From Pseudomonadota bacterium (GTDB lineage: Bacteria; Pseudomonadota; Gammaproteobacteria; UBA4575), in the NCBI GenBank assembly GCA_039182865.1, contig JBCDBX010000002.1:1356-65355 (forward strand): a stretch of DNA of 64,000 nucleotides. The letters are read 5' to 3'. Of this stretch, positions 8,933 through 19,132 are shown piece by piece. The notes beneath the pieces are model-generated. The model did not search any database, had not been told where the DNA came from, and worked only from the letters and a program-made list of their open reading frames with translations. Position 1 is the first letter of the stretch; each line of letters starts with the position of its first letter. Made by a program: the position numbers and the translations under genes.

Positions 8933-10720
8933 CTAGGGTGAGGGAGATGCCACCGAATCCACATTACTTTGTAACCACAGTTCTAACAATGCCATATGCC
9001 AAACTTTGCTTCCCTGTAAACGTGTATGATACTGATCTGGCTCTTGCAACAGTTTTTCTACATATTCACGCGAAAAAATCCCTCTGTTGATACAGGCAGA
9101 TGAATTCAATATATCTTGCACCATCTCTAAAAATGCTCCACGCACAAACTTTAACGCTGGCATTGGAAAATAACCTTTTGGACGATCAATCACAGAATCT
9201 GGAATTAACCCTCGCGCGATTTTCTTGAGCACATACTTCCCCCCTTCTCGCAATTTCATCTCAGGCGGCATCTGCATCGCTAGTTCAACCAACTCGTGAT
9301 CCAGAAAAGGCACGCGCGCTTCTAACCCCCAAGCCATCGTCATACTATCAACACGTTTGACAGGATCATCGACAATTAAAGTGGTGACATCAAAATTCAG
9401 CACAGCATCAATGAACGTTTCTGAATCGCTTTGTGTTAAGGCTCGACTCACTAATTCACGCGTATAATCTTGATGCACATAGGCCGAATCAATTGTCTGA
9501 CTATACTCATCAAAGTCACGATCAAAATAATAAGGTGCAAAACGATCTATATACTCGCCAGCTGCAGCGTGCATTTTTGAATACCAAAAATATCCAGCAA
9601 ATACTTCATCAGCCCCTTGTCCAGACTGCACCACTTTAATGTCTTGACTAACCTGCTCAGCCAATAAATAAAATGCGACGGCATCCTGTGCCACCATCGG
9701 CTCAGGCATTTGTTTGATCGCTTCTGGCAGTCGTTCAAGCACACGGCTGTTGGGTATTTGAAACTTATGATGATGTGTGGAAAATTCCTTAACCACGGCA
9801 TCTGAATATTCAAACTCACTGCCACGTTCTTCAGGCTGGTCCTCAAAACCAACTGAATATGTATTCACATTCCCATGTTTTTGCGCCAGTAGCCCTACTA
9901 ATAAACTCGAATCTAATCCACCTGACAACAAAACTCCCACTGGCACATCGGCAATTTCTAATCGTCGATCGACAGCTAACTGCAATGCCGACTGAATAAC
10001 TTCCATCCACTCTTGCTCATGCTTATGTTCAGGACGATATGCCGACAAATTCCAATAAGATATTGCATCGCTAGCCCCGTCTTGATCGATCCACATGTAA
10101 TGTCCTGGTGGCAATTTGCGTATACCTTGCAAAATTGTTCTTGGCGCAGGAATCACCGCATGCAAGGTAAATTGATGCTGTAATGCTTGCGCATCAACTT
10201 CTGTATTGATCTCTTTTGTTGAAAGTAATGCTTGTGTATTAGATGCAAATATAAAAGAATCTTTTGTCTGACTGTAATAAAAAGGTTTGATGCCTAGGCG
10301 GTCGCGCGCTATAAATAGTTTGTTAATTCGCGTATCCCAAATTGCGAAGGCGAACATTCCAATCAAACGCTCAACACAGCCCTCACCCCATGCTTCATAA
10401 GCTTTAAGGATAACTTCTGTATCACCTGTTGAATTAAAACTTATACCAAGAGCCTGCAAATCTTTGCGTAATTGCGGGTAATTATAAATTGTGCCGTTAA
10501 ACACAATCGCAATTGATCGAGATTGATTTAACATGGGTTGCTTGCCTTTATCAGACAAATCAATAATGGCAAGACGTTGATGTCCCAAACCAATTTGCTC
10601 ACTAATATAAATACCTTGGTCATCCGGACCACGACGTTCCAGATGCTTTAACATCGTTTTTATTTTTTGCTCATTTGCTCGACCTTGATTAAGGCTTAGC
10701 TCACCACATATTCCACACAT
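8933..10720 (-). CDS. asnB: Asparagine synthetase (glutamine-hydrolysing) family amidotransferase. The start is set at MCGICG so that Cys2 is the N-terminal nucleophile; the track start at 10753 is an over-extension.
   Basis: MCGICGELS N-terminal class-II glutamine amidotransferase motif. SGGLDSS PP-loop. About 595 aa. Confidence 0.85.
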   Translation of the reverse strand: MCGICGELSLNQGRANEQKIKTMLKHLERRGPDDQGIYISEQIGLGHQRLAIIDLSDKGKQPMLNQSRSIAIVFNGTIYNYPQLRKDLQALGISFNSTGDTEVILKAYEAWGEGCVERLIGMFAFAIWDTRINKLFIARDRLGIKPFYYSQTKDSFIFASNTQALLSTKEINTEVDAQALQHQFTLHAVIPAPRTILQGIRKLPPGHYMWIDQDGASDAISYWNLSAYRPEHKHEQEWMEVIQSALQLAVDRRLEIADVPVGVLLSGGLDSSLLVGLLAQKHGNVNTYSVGFEDQPEERGSEFEYSDAVVKEFSTHHHKFQIPNSRVLERLPEAIKQMPEPMVAQDAVAFYLLAEQVSQDIKVVQSGQGADEVFAGYFWYSKMHAAAGEYIDRFAPYYFDRDFDEYSQTIDSAYVHQDYTRELVSRALTQSDSETFIDAVLNFDVTTLIVDDPVKRVDSMTMAWGLEARVPFLDHELVELAMQMPPEMKLREGGKYVLKKIARGLIPDSVIDRPKGYFPMPALKFVRGAFLEMVQDILNSSACINRGIFSREYVEKLLQEPDQYHTRLQGSKVWHMALLELWLQSNVDSVASPSP

Positions 10721-10721
10721 A

Positions 10722-12266
10722 TCAACTAATATCTTTTCCGAAGGCGCCACCACCAGGTGTCTCTATACGAATACGATCACCTTGTTTAACATTTAATGAG
10801 ACTTTAGCTCCCACTAACTTATCGTTAAAAAAGTTTTGTCCTTTTGCACCGGCTTGGCCTTGGTGAATTCCTCTTGGTGAATGACGACGACGTTCACTTA
10901 AAATCGTCACACTGGTTTCTTGTTGAAATTCAAACTCACGAATGATGCCATTACCACCAGGATGCTGTCCTTTACCGCCGGATCCTGCGCGTATCTCATA
11001 ACGTACGATGCGCAAAGGATAAGCCATCTCTAATACTTCAATCGGCGTGTTTTGAGTATTCGTCATATGTGTTTGTACAGCATCGAGCCCATCTGATTGA
11101 GCATTCGCACCTGCACCCCCACCAATGGTTTCGTAATAACTCCATGACTCGCCTTTATTAGAACCCATCGCGATATTATTCATTGTGCCTTGGCTATCTG
11201 CTGGAATTATGTATTGATCAGCCTGACTCAATGCCAAAAACAATACATCGACAATACGAGAGCTAGTCTCGACATTTCCTGCCGCCACTGCCGCCGGATA
11301 TAACGCATCAACCAAACTACCTTGTTGAGTTTTTATTGTTATGGGTCTGAACGAACCCATACATTCGGGAACGTCAGTGCTCATTAAGCATCTAAATACA
11401 TAATAAACAGAAGCCGCAGTAACCGCTTTGGGGCAATTAATATTTCCAGCGACTTGCTCAGCTGTCCCAGCAAAATCCACAATCACGTTTCCATTATTTA
11501 TAATTAACTTGACTACAATTGGTATATCAAAATTTCCTAAACCATCATCATCCATAACATCTTGCGCTTGATATTCACCATCAGGGATTTTTTGCAAAAA
11601 ACTTAGCGCCATGGATTCTGCGTAGTCAAACACTTGTTGAGTAAGAGTTTGATATGCAGTGACACCCATGCTTTCAACTAAATGTTTTAAACGCCCTACG
11701 CCATGTAAGTTTGCACCTAACTGAGCACTTAGATCCGCAAAAGTATGTTTGGCATTCTGAACATTTATAAAGAGTTGTTTATAGATCGAATGATCAATTT
11801 GATTATCACGACCTAAATATTTTGGTGAAATAAGTGCTCCCTCCTCTAACAAACTCTTAGACAAAGGCATCGATCCCGGTTCATCAGCACCGATATCAGC
11901 ATGATGAGCTCGATTAGCCACAAACCCTATCAACTGAGTTTCAAAGAAGACAGGCATCACCAGTGTGACATCGGGTAAGTGCGTCCCCCCTTTATAAGGG
12001 TCGTTAAAAATCACTATATCACCATCTTGCCAATCAAAATCAGACACGACGGACTGCATAGCAAAAGCCATACTGCCTAGATGAACTGGGATATGAGCGG
12101 CTTGCGCGCAAAGCTGTCCATGACCATCAAACATGGCACATGAATAATCCAATCGATCTCGAATATTCGGCGAAAAAGCCGCATGCCTTAGTTGAGCGCC
12201 CATCTCCTCGCATAAGGCGTTGATTTGATGTGAAAATAAACTAAGTTGAATCGATTGTAATGCCAT
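10722..12266 (-). CDS. Hydantoinase B/oxoprolinase family protein (HyuB-like)
   Basis: 514 aa with typical Hydantoinase_B family features (DPYKGGTHLPD..., GGGAGA..., C-terminal GGxG-rich region). Its TGA stop at 10722-10724 is 1 nt from the asnB ATG. Confidence 0.8.
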   Translation of the reverse strand: MALQSIQLSLFSHQINALCEEMGAQLRHAAFSPNIRDRLDYSCAMFDGHGQLCAQAAHIPVHLGSMAFAMQSVVSDFDWQDGDIVIFNDPYKGGTHLPDVTLVMPVFFETQLIGFVANRAHHADIGADEPGSMPLSKSLLEEGALISPKYLGRDNQIDHSIYKQLFINVQNAKHTFADLSAQLGANLHGVGRLKHLVESMGVTAYQTLTQQVFDYAESMALSFLQKIPDGEYQAQDVMDDDGLGNFDIPIVVKLIINNGNVIVDFAGTAEQVAGNINCPKAVTAASVYYVFRCLMSTDVPECMGSFRPITIKTQQGSLVDALYPAAVAAGNVETSSRIVDVLFLALSQADQYIIPADSQGTMNNIAMGSNKGESWSYYETIGGGAGANAQSDGLDAVQTHMTNTQNTPIEVLEMAYPLRIVRYEIRAGSGGKGQHPGGNGIIREFEFQQETSVTILSERRRHSPRGIHQGQAGAKGQNFFNDKLVGAKVSLNVKQGDRIRIETPGGGAFGKDIS

Positions 12267-12351
12267 CGTACTAATATTGTTTTTAGGGCTAAAACCTTCT
12301 ATTGTTAGAGCAGTATAGGCGTACTAAATAATTTAAAAATCGAGGTGACAC

Positions 12352-12429
12352 ATGAACCCATTGAATTCTGTTTTAGGTACTATCATCGCTGGTTTCATAC
12401 TGGCAATAATCATATCACTTGTATTCTAA
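12352..12429 (+). CDS. Micro-ORF, 25-aa hydrophobic peptide (MNPLNSVLGTIIAGFILAIIISLVF) with SD GAGGTG; not in the track
   Basis: Seen directly. Good RBS spacing. A single predicted TM helix. Immediately upstream of the 165-aa membrane protein gene, which has its own AGGAGA RBS. Confidence 0.3.
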   Translation: MNPLNSVLGTIIAGFILAIIISLVF

Positions 12430-12475
12430 GCAAGCTCTTAGCCCAAAATAATAATAAAACATAGGAGAAATATTT

Positions 12476-12973
12476 ATGAATGGTTTTTCACTGATAGTAT
12501 GGCTGCATGTATTTGCAGGCATTATATGGATAGGTCTACTTTACTACTTTAATTTTATTCAAGTTCCAGCGGTGAATGCTGCCACTGCTGATACTGACGG
12601 TCCAGGACCTGCAGCGATTAGTAAATATGTGGCGCCACGCGCACTGGTCTGGTTCCGTTGGGGTGCTGTTGCAACATGGATAACCGGCGCAGGTGCGCTA
12701 AATTATGTTGGTGGATTCTCTACACATATGTTCTTTACGGATGGCATTACCATCATCGGTATAGGCGCCTGGTTAGGTACTATCATGTTATTCAATGTTT
12801 GGGTATTCATATGGCCTAACCAGAAAAAGTTACTCGGCATGGTTGAAGCCACCGACGAACAAAAAGCCAAAGCCAAGAAAGTTGCGTTCATGGCTTCAAG
12901 AACAAACACCTTACTCTCTATCCCTATGCTCATGTGCATGGTCGGCTGGGGACATGGTGGATTACCTTTCTAA
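12476..12973 (+). CDS. Integral membrane protein (about 4 TM); weak resemblance to the HemJ/CopD-type aromatic-rich first helix, family uncertain
   Basis: 165 aa. IVWLHVFAGIIWIGLLYYFNF... Multiple Trp/Gly-rich helices. Followed by an intrinsic terminator. Confidence 0.55.
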   Translation: MNGFSLIVWLHVFAGIIWIGLLYYFNFIQVPAVNAATADTDGPGPAAISKYVAPRALVWFRWGAVATWITGAGALNYVGGFSTHMFFTDGITIIGIGAWLGTIMLFNVWVFIWPNQKKLLGMVEATDEQKAKAKKVAFMASRTNTLLSIPMLMCMVGWGHGGLPF

Positions 12974-13034
12974 AAAATAGATTTTTTATATCACTGCTAG
13001 AAAATAAGTCTTTTTAGTAGCATAATTAACCAAC

Positions 13035-13066
13035 GGCAGCGGACAACCCGCTGCCGTTTTTTATTT
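13035..13066 (+). terminator. Rho-independent terminator (GGCAGCGG-acaac-CCGCTGCC + TTTTTTATTTT)
   Basis: Perfect 8-bp GC-rich stem plus a T-run, 60 nt after the stop of the 12476..12973 gene. Confidence 0.7.
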
Positions 13067-13113
13067 TATGCATTTAATTCTTTAAATTCGAATTAGTAAA
13101 AGCTTAGATAACA

Positions 13114-14292
13114 GTGAACGCATTACTCAAAACTTATGGCCGCAAAGACATCTCCTTTTCAAAAGGAGAAGGTGTGTGGATATGGGACCAAAAAGGCGAC
13201 CAGTATCTGGATGCCCTTTCGGGTATCGCTGTCTGCGGATTGGGTCATGCGCACGCAGACATTGCTGAAACAATCAGTTCACAAGCCAAAACTTTGATCC
13301 ATACCTCGAATATTTATCGTATCCCTGCACAAGAAATTTTAGGTGAACGCCTTTGCTCACTCACAGGGATGGAAGGAGCATTCTTCTGTAACTCCGGTGC
13401 TGAAGCTAATGAAGCAGCGATTAAATTAGCGCGACTTCATGGTCACGTCAAAGGGATAGAAGCACCCTCAACGATTGTATTTGAAAACAGTTTTCACGGC
13501 CGCACGATGGCAACCTTAACAGCCACAGGCAATCGAAAAGCCCATGCCGGTTTTGAACCCTTAGTCAGCGGATTCATTCGCGCACCTTATAATGACATTG
13601 AAACGGTGAAACAAATTTGCGAAAACAATTCAAATATTGCCGCTATCTTTGTTGAGCCTGTTCAGGGAGAAGGTGGTATCAACATTCCGCACACCAACTT
13701 CTTATCAGAATTACGAAAATTGTGTGATCAATATGAACTTCTACTCATATTAGATGAGGTACAAACGGGCAATGGTCGAACAGGAAAATGGTTTGCGTTT
13801 CAACACACCGACATAGCACCTGATGTAATTACCACTGCGAAGGGACTTGGGAATGGTGTTCCCATTGGCGTATGCTTAGCAAAAAATTCTGCTGCGACTC
13901 TGTTTGCTCCAGGCTCACATGGAAGCACATTTGGCGGGAATCCACTAGCATGCCATGTTGCTTTAAAAGTACTAGATATTATCGAAAAAGATAAACTTTT
14001 AGACAATGCCAAAAACATGGGTCATCACATGTTAAAAGAATTTAAGAACAAGCTAGATAAAAACCCATTGATTAAAGATATTCGTGGTCATGGCTTGATG
14101 ATCGGTATAGAGTTAATTAAGCCATGCGCAGAAATAGTCGACATCGCACTTGAGAAAAAGTTATTAGTAAACGTAACAGCTAGTTCAGTTATTCGTTTAT
14201 TGCCGCCATTGATTACCGATCAAGAACAGGCCGATAAAATAGTAAATCTAGTATGCGACAGTATTGATCACTTTGGAACAACTCAAATATGA
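13114..14292 (+). CDS. argD: Acetylornithine aminotransferase (GTG start)
   Basis: Class-III PLP aminotransferase motifs ([17 protein letters not shown]; TTAKGLGNG). The neighbouring argF supports the call. Confidence 0.9.
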   Translation: MNALLKTYGRKDISFSKGEGVWIWDQKGDQYLDALSGIAVCGLGHAHADIAETISSQAKTLIHTSNIYRIPAQEILGERLCSLTGMEGAFFCNSGAEANEAAIKLARLHGHVKGIEAPSTIVFENSFHGRTMATLTATGNRKAHAGFEPLVSGFIRAPYNDIETVKQICENNSNIAAIFVEPVQGEGGINIPHTNFLSELRKLCDQYELLLILDEVQTGNGRTGKWFAFQHTDIAPDVITTAKGLGNGVPIGVCLAKNSAATLFAPGSHGSTFGGNPLACHVALKVLDIIEKDKLLDNAKNMGHHMLKEFKNKLDKNPLIKDIRGHGLMIGIELIKPCAEIVDIALEKKLLVNVTASSVIRLLPPLITDQEQADKIVNLVCDSIDHFGTTQI

Positions 14293-15194
14293 CACGTCAT
14301 TTCTTAACATTATTGGATTTAAGCAGCAAAGAATTACGCAATATACTTGCGCGTGCTAGCGAATTAAAAGAAATTCAAAACAATGGAAAGCAATATGCTC
14401 CATTTGCCAATAAAACATTGGCAATGCTATTTGATAAATCTTCTACACGAACGCGAGTTTCATTCGAAGCTGGTATGGCGCAATTTGGTGGACATGCCTT
14501 ATTTCTCTCATCTAAAGACACTCAGCTAGGTCGAGGGGAACCTGTTGAAGACACTGCACGTGTATTATCCCGTATGGTTGACATCATCATGATTCGCACA
14601 TTTGCACATGACACGATCGAACGCTTTGCTAGCGAAGCGACTGTTCCAGTAATTAATGGTTTAACGGATTTAGTGCATCCCTGCCAACTACTCGCAGACT
14701 TACAGACCTGGTTTGAAAAACGTGGTGATATTACAGGTGCGACCGTCACTTGGATTGGAGATGGCAATAATATGTGTCATTCCTATATCAATGCTGCACG
14801 ACAATTAGACTTTAACCTACGTATTGGTTGCCCTGAAGGTTACGAACCCGATAATCAAATTCTTTTAGCTGCTGGTGATAAAATCTATTTGACTCATGAC
14901 GCAAGCGATGCGGTTCAAAACTCTGATTTAGTTGTCACTGATGTTTGGGCCAGTATGGGACAAGAAGAAGAACAAAAACAACGTGAACAAGCTTTTGCTG
15001 CTTTTCAGGTAAATACTGCCTTATTGAAAAGAGCTAACAAAGATGCATTATTCATGCATTGTCTGCCCGCTCATCGTGATGAAGAAGTCACAGCCGATGT
15101 ATTGGAAGGTCCACAAAGCGTTGTCTGGGATGAAGCTGAAAATCGCTTGCATGCACAAAAAGCTTTGATTGAATTTCTATTATTAGCGAATTAA
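14289..15194 (+). CDS. argF: Ornithine carbamoyltransferase
   Basis: STRTR carbamoyl-phosphate binding motif. HCLPA motif. 4-nt overlap with argD. Confidence 0.9.
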   Translation: MTRHFLTLLDLSSKELRNILARASELKEIQNNGKQYAPFANKTLAMLFDKSSTRTRVSFEAGMAQFGGHALFLSSKDTQLGRGEPVEDTARVLSRMVDIIMIRTFAHDTIERFASEATVPVINGLTDLVHPCQLLADLQTWFEKRGDITGATVTWIGDGNNMCHSYINAARQLDFNLRIGCPEGYEPDNQILLAAGDKIYLTHDASDAVQNSDLVVTDVWASMGQEEEQKQREQAFAAFQVNTALLKRANKDALFMHCLPAHRDEEVTADVLEGPQSVVWDEAENRLHAQKALIEFLLLAN

Positions 15195-15480
15195 TTATTC
15201 GCAATCTATTCAATGATTTTTGATTGAAAATTAAAATCAAAGCACAAAAAAACACATTACAATCAATTTTGCTGTTGACTTAAATCTCTCAGCGGCCTTT
15301 CATCGATATCGGAAACCATTAGGTTCGCCATTACTTTGAGCCCAATCAGCGCAGCAGCGAACAAGAGACAAGTTAAGCTTTATATATTCTTTTTGCTTAA
15401 TCCATATCATTTCACTTGCTTTAATCAAGGAATTTACTGCATGCTTCGCTCACCGTAAAATAATAAAAGTTCATCGCGGA

Positions 15481-16827
15481 GTGATCACTATGGAATCAAT
15501 CAGCAGTATTATCGGCACAATCAACGGCATTGTATGGGGCAAACCCATGCTCATCTTAATACTTGGCGTAGGTTTATATCTATTGCTTGGACTGCGATTC
15601 ATGCCATGGAAAAAAATTGGCTATGCCTTCAAACAATTACGTAAAGGGACAAAATCAGAAGGCGAAGGTGAAATTACACCTTTTCAGGCATTGATGACTG
15701 CGCTCTCCGCAACCGTTGGAACAGGTAATATCATTGGTGTCGCAGCTGCTATTTTAATTGGCGGACCTGGTGCCGTTTTCTGGATGTGGATGACGGCACT
15801 AGTCGGAATGGCGACTAAATATGGTGAAGCGGTATTAGCCATAAAATATCGTGAAGTTGATCATTTGGGTAACCATGTTGGTGGCCCCATGTACTACATT
15901 AAGAATGGACTGGGTGCCAAGTGGACTTGGCTGGGTGTTTTGTTTGCCATATTCGGCACAGTTGCCGCTTTTGGCATCGGCAATATGTTTCAATCAAATG
16001 CAGTATCAGGAGCTTTAAATAGGCAGTTTGATATTGATCCTACGATCAGCGGCATCGTCATGGCGGTTCTTGCGGGATTAGTCATTATCGGTGGCATTAA
16101 GCGTTTAGGAGCAGTTGCAGGCAAATTAGTCCCTTTCATGATCATACTCTACGTGCTTGGGGCATTAGTGATTGTATTAAGCCATATCACTGAAGTGCCT
16201 GCCGCATTATGGCTCATCATTAAAAGCGCATTTACTATTGACTCAGCTGCCGGCGGTGCAGTTGGATCCATCATTGTTGTCATTGCAGCGGGTGTTGCAC
16301 GTGGTGTCTTTTCTAACGAAGCCGGATTAGGTAGCGCACCTATCGCACATGCTGCAGCACAAAATGACAATCCAGTACATCAAGGTGTCATAGGCATGCT
16401 AGGTGTGTTCATAGATACCATCATTGTGTGCACACTAACCGCACTCGTTATTGTCCTTTCGGGTTTGTGGCAAGTTGAAACGGATAAGACAGCTCTTTCT
16501 TTTCTGGCTTTTGGAAAAGAATTACAACATGCAGAGTATCTCGTGATATTTGGCATTGTAATTTTCGCTTTTACATCCGTACTTGGTTGGAGTTTCTATG
16601 GCGAACGTTGTGCGGAATTTCTTTTTGGCGAGCGAATTATTACGCCTTACAGAATTCTTTGGGTGATCGCGATTTTCTATGGGGCAACGCACGACTTTGA
16701 TTTCATCATTCTATTAGCCGATACAATGAATGCACTCATGGCTATTCCTAACCTTATCGCGCTTGCTTTACTAAGTCCGGTTATTTTCAAAATAACAAAA
16801 GACTGCTTTGAAAAGGAAAAGGATTGA
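15481..16827 (+). CDS. Alanine/glycine:cation symporter (AGCS family)
   Basis: 448 aa polytopic. ...TPFQALMTALSATVGTGNI... is the AGCS signature. Confidence 0.85.
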   Translation: MITMESISSIIGTINGIVWGKPMLILILGVGLYLLLGLRFMPWKKIGYAFKQLRKGTKSEGEGEITPFQALMTALSATVGTGNIIGVAAAILIGGPGAVFWMWMTALVGMATKYGEAVLAIKYREVDHLGNHVGGPMYYIKNGLGAKWTWLGVLFAIFGTVAAFGIGNMFQSNAVSGALNRQFDIDPTISGIVMAVLAGLVIIGGIKRLGAVAGKLVPFMIILYVLGALVIVLSHITEVPAALWLIIKSAFTIDSAAGGAVGSIIVVIAAGVARGVFSNEAGLGSAPIAHAAAQNDNPVHQGVIGMLGVFIDTIIVCTLTALVIVLSGLWQVETDKTALSFLAFGKELQHAEYLVIFGIVIFAFTSVLGWSFYGERCAEFLFGERIITPYRILWVIAIFYGATHDFDFIILLADTMNALMAIPNLIALALLSPVIFKITKDCFEKEKD

Positions 16828-17669
16828 CGCAGCCTTTGATTAGCCATCAAGTTATTTCAGAAAATGTGCGTATCGCTCTCGCCGAGGATATTGGTGAGGG
16901 TGATGTCACGGCCCAGCTATGTGCAAAGAAGACGGCAAAATCAAAAGTGATCTGCAGAGAAACTGCAACACTCTGCGGCATCGATTGGTTTAACGAAACA
17001 TTTAAGCAACTAGACCCCAATATTTCAATCAAGTGGAATTACAAAGATGGCGACATGCTCCATCCGACTCAAGAAGTATGTGATATTGAAGGATCGGCTC
17101 CCGCTATCTTAAGCGGAGAGAGAACTGCGCTGAATTTTCTGCAAACATTGTCAGCGACGGCGACTGCAACCCGAAAACTTTTGCATCGTTTACGCGGCAC
17201 GGATACTCAACTACTCGACACACGAAAAACGATACCAGGGTTACGCCTGGCACAAAAATATGCAGTGCAATGTGCAGGCGGCACTAACCACCGTATGGGT
17301 TTATATGATGCATATCTCATCAAAGAAAACCATATCAGAACTTGCGGCTCGATCACTAATGCAGTCACAAACGCCAAATCACAACGCGCAGATCTTAAAG
17401 TTGAGATTGAGGTCGAGACACTCTACCAATTAGAAGAAGCGATTGCTTGTCATGCAGACATCGTACTACTCGATAACTTCACATTAGATGAGGTCAAACA
17501 AGCTGTCGAAATGAGTAAAAACAAAATCAAGCTTGAGGTATCTGGCAATATTGGCATGGAAAATATTTTTTCTTATGCTGCACTTGGAGTAGACTTTATT
17601 TCTGTTGGAGGGCTCACCAAACATATTCAGGCAGTCGATTTTTCGATGTTATTTAGTGACTTGGCTTGA
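16824..17669 (+). CDS. nadC: Nicotinate-nucleotide pyrophosphorylase (carboxylating)
   Basis: 281 aa. LLDTRKT...LGVDFISVGGLTHS-type C-terminus. Confidence 0.9.
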   Translation: MTQPLISHQVISENVRIALAEDIGEGDVTAQLCAKKTAKSKVICRETATLCGIDWFNETFKQLDPNISIKWNYKDGDMLHPTQEVCDIEGSAPAILSGERTALNFLQTLSATATATRKLLHRLRGTDTQLLDTRKTIPGLRLAQKYAVQCAGGTNHRMGLYDAYLIKENHIRTCGSITNAVTNAKSQRADLKVEIEVETLYQLEEAIACHADIVLLDNFTLDEVKQAVEMSKNKIKLEVSGNIGMENIFSYAALGVDFISVGGLTKHIQAVDFSMLFSDLA

Positions 17670-18448
17670 TGCCACAAAACTTCTAATTCGTCGATACTCA
17701 AACTTGCCATATCATTACCCTGCTCTGATACTATCTTTTCTAGTGATCTAAAGCGTGTTTCAAATTTTGTGTTGGCTCGCTGCAGTGCAACATCGGCATC
17801 GACTTTCATATGTCGGCATAAATTCACTGTTGAAAATAAAACATCACCCATCTCATCCTCAATCGAGTCACTTTGATTAAATTCAATAGCTTCTTTTAGC
17901 TCATCGATTTCTTCTTGCAACTTACCAAGCACGCCATGATAGCTAGGCCAATCAAAATTTAATTTTGCCGCTTTCTTTTGTAATTTGCGCGCACGTACCA
18001 AGGATGCCAGCCCAACGGAAATGTTCGCCAAAGCAGAATGATCATTTTCACCTTTTTCGAGACGCTCCTGCTTTTTTATCAACTCCCAGTCTTGCTTGCC
18101 TAATTTCAACCCTTCATCTGATCCAAAAACATGTGGGTGACGTCGTACCATCTTGTTACAAACTGCATTTACTACATCATCAAATGAAAACTGATCAGCT
18201 TCTTTAGCCATTTGTGCGTGGTACACGACCTGTAATAACAAATCTCCCAGCTCATCACATAAATCCTCCATATCATTACGTGTAATGGCATCAGAAACTT
18301 CATAGGCTTCTTCAATTGTATAAGGTGCAATCGTTTTAAAATTTTGCTTTTGGTCCCATGAGCAACCTGTTTCTGGATCACGCAGCGCACACATGATGTG
18401 CAGCAAATCATTGACTGAGTATGACTCTCGTTTCATAGGCTTATCCAT
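17627..18448 (-). CDS. mazG: Nucleoside triphosphate pyrophosphohydrolase MazG
   Basis: Two MazG EEXXE-type repeats (EEAYEV..., EEIDELKEAI...). The 3' end overlaps the nadC 3' end by 43 nt in convergent orientation. Confidence 0.85.
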   Translation of the reverse strand: MDKPMKRESYSVNDLLHIMCALRDPETGCSWDQKQNFKTIAPYTIEEAYEVSDAITRNDMEDLCDELGDLLLQVVYHAQMAKEADQFSFDDVVNAVCNKMVRRHPHVFGSDEGLKLGKQDWELIKKQERLEKGENDHSALANISVGLASLVRARKLQKKAAKLNFDWPSYHGVLGKLQEEIDELKEAIEFNQSDSIEDEMGDVLFSTVNLCRHMKVDADVALQRANTKFETRFRSLEKIVSEQGNDMASLSIDELEVLWHQAKSLNNIEKSTA

Positions 18449-18504
18449 TTATTCGATTTATACTTAATGTTAATTCTAAACTACTTTTTATTGGAGAAAC
18501 CCAT

Positions 18505-18972
18505 ATGCCGATTGTTGAAGGAAAAATCGCACCAGCATTCACTTTAAAAGATCAAAACGGAAATAAAGTTGCATTAAAAGACTTTAAAGGCAAAAACGTG
18601 GTTGTCTATTTCTATCCAAAAGACGACACACCGGGATGTACTAAAGAAGCATGTGGGTTTCGTGATCGATGGAGTGATATAAAAAAATCAGGCACAGTTG
18701 TATTGGGTATTTCACCAGATGAAGAAGCGTCTCATCAGAAATTTATCAAAAAGTATGAATTACCTTTCACACTTTTATCCGATCCCAAAAAAACTATGAT
18801 GAAAAAGTATGAAGCTTATGGCGAAAAGAATATGTACGGAAAAATTACTATGGGGGTTATTCGCTCGACTGTCTTAATTGGAAAAGACGGAAAAGTCATC
18901 AAGCATTGGAAGCGTGTGGCCAAAGCGGCCGATCACCCTGAGAAAGTCTGGCAGGAAATCCAAGCACTTTAA
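18505..18972 (+). CDS. bcp: Thioredoxin-dependent thiol peroxidase (Bcp/PrxQ)
   Basis: YFYPKDDTPGCTKEAC peroxidatic-Cys motif. Confidence 0.9.
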   Translation: MPIVEGKIAPAFTLKDQNGNKVALKDFKGKNVVVYFYPKDDTPGCTKEACGFRDRWSDIKKSGTVVLGISPDEEASHQKFIKKYELPFTLLSDPKKTMMKKYEAYGEKNMYGKITMGVIRSTVLIGKDGKVIKHWKRVAKAADHPEKVWQEIQAL

Positions 18973-19060
18973 TATTTGTCATTCAGGGAGCTAGACTGAC
19001 AAGCGCCTCAAAATACAATACTGATTAACAATCGGCCAATTGGAAATCGGAATTCCTTTA

Positions 19061-19080
19061 TGATTGATTATTGATCAATT
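19061..19080. promoter_or_regulatory. Operator-like element TGATTGATTATTGATCAATT: two direct TTGAT repeats overlapping a perfect 10-bp palindrome ATTGATCAAT
   Basis: Seen directly. Located in the 160-bp intergenic region upstream of the RHH gene. Confidence 0.25.
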
Positions 19081-19132
19081 TTGTTAGATTCTTCATTAAA
19101 TCACTAGCTTAGACCTCATTGTTATTAAGTGA

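Noticed and set aside
10721-10753. Track start of asnB at 10753, giving a 32-nt overlap with hyuB
   Set aside because: Class-II amidotransferases require an N-terminal Cys. MCGICG at 10720 is the real start, giving TGA-t-ATG coupling instead of an overlap.
15195-15480. Possible glycine riboswitch in the 285-nt leader of the alanine/glycine:cation symporter
   Set aside because: No GGAGAG / ACCGAAGG-type conserved cores of the glycine riboswitch were found on inspection. Only a generic AT-rich leader with a TTGACT-like -35 is present.
18973-19002. Stem TTGTCA...TGACAA after bcp as a terminator
   Set aside because: Short AT-rich stem with a long loop and no T-run. It is not convincing as an intrinsic terminator.
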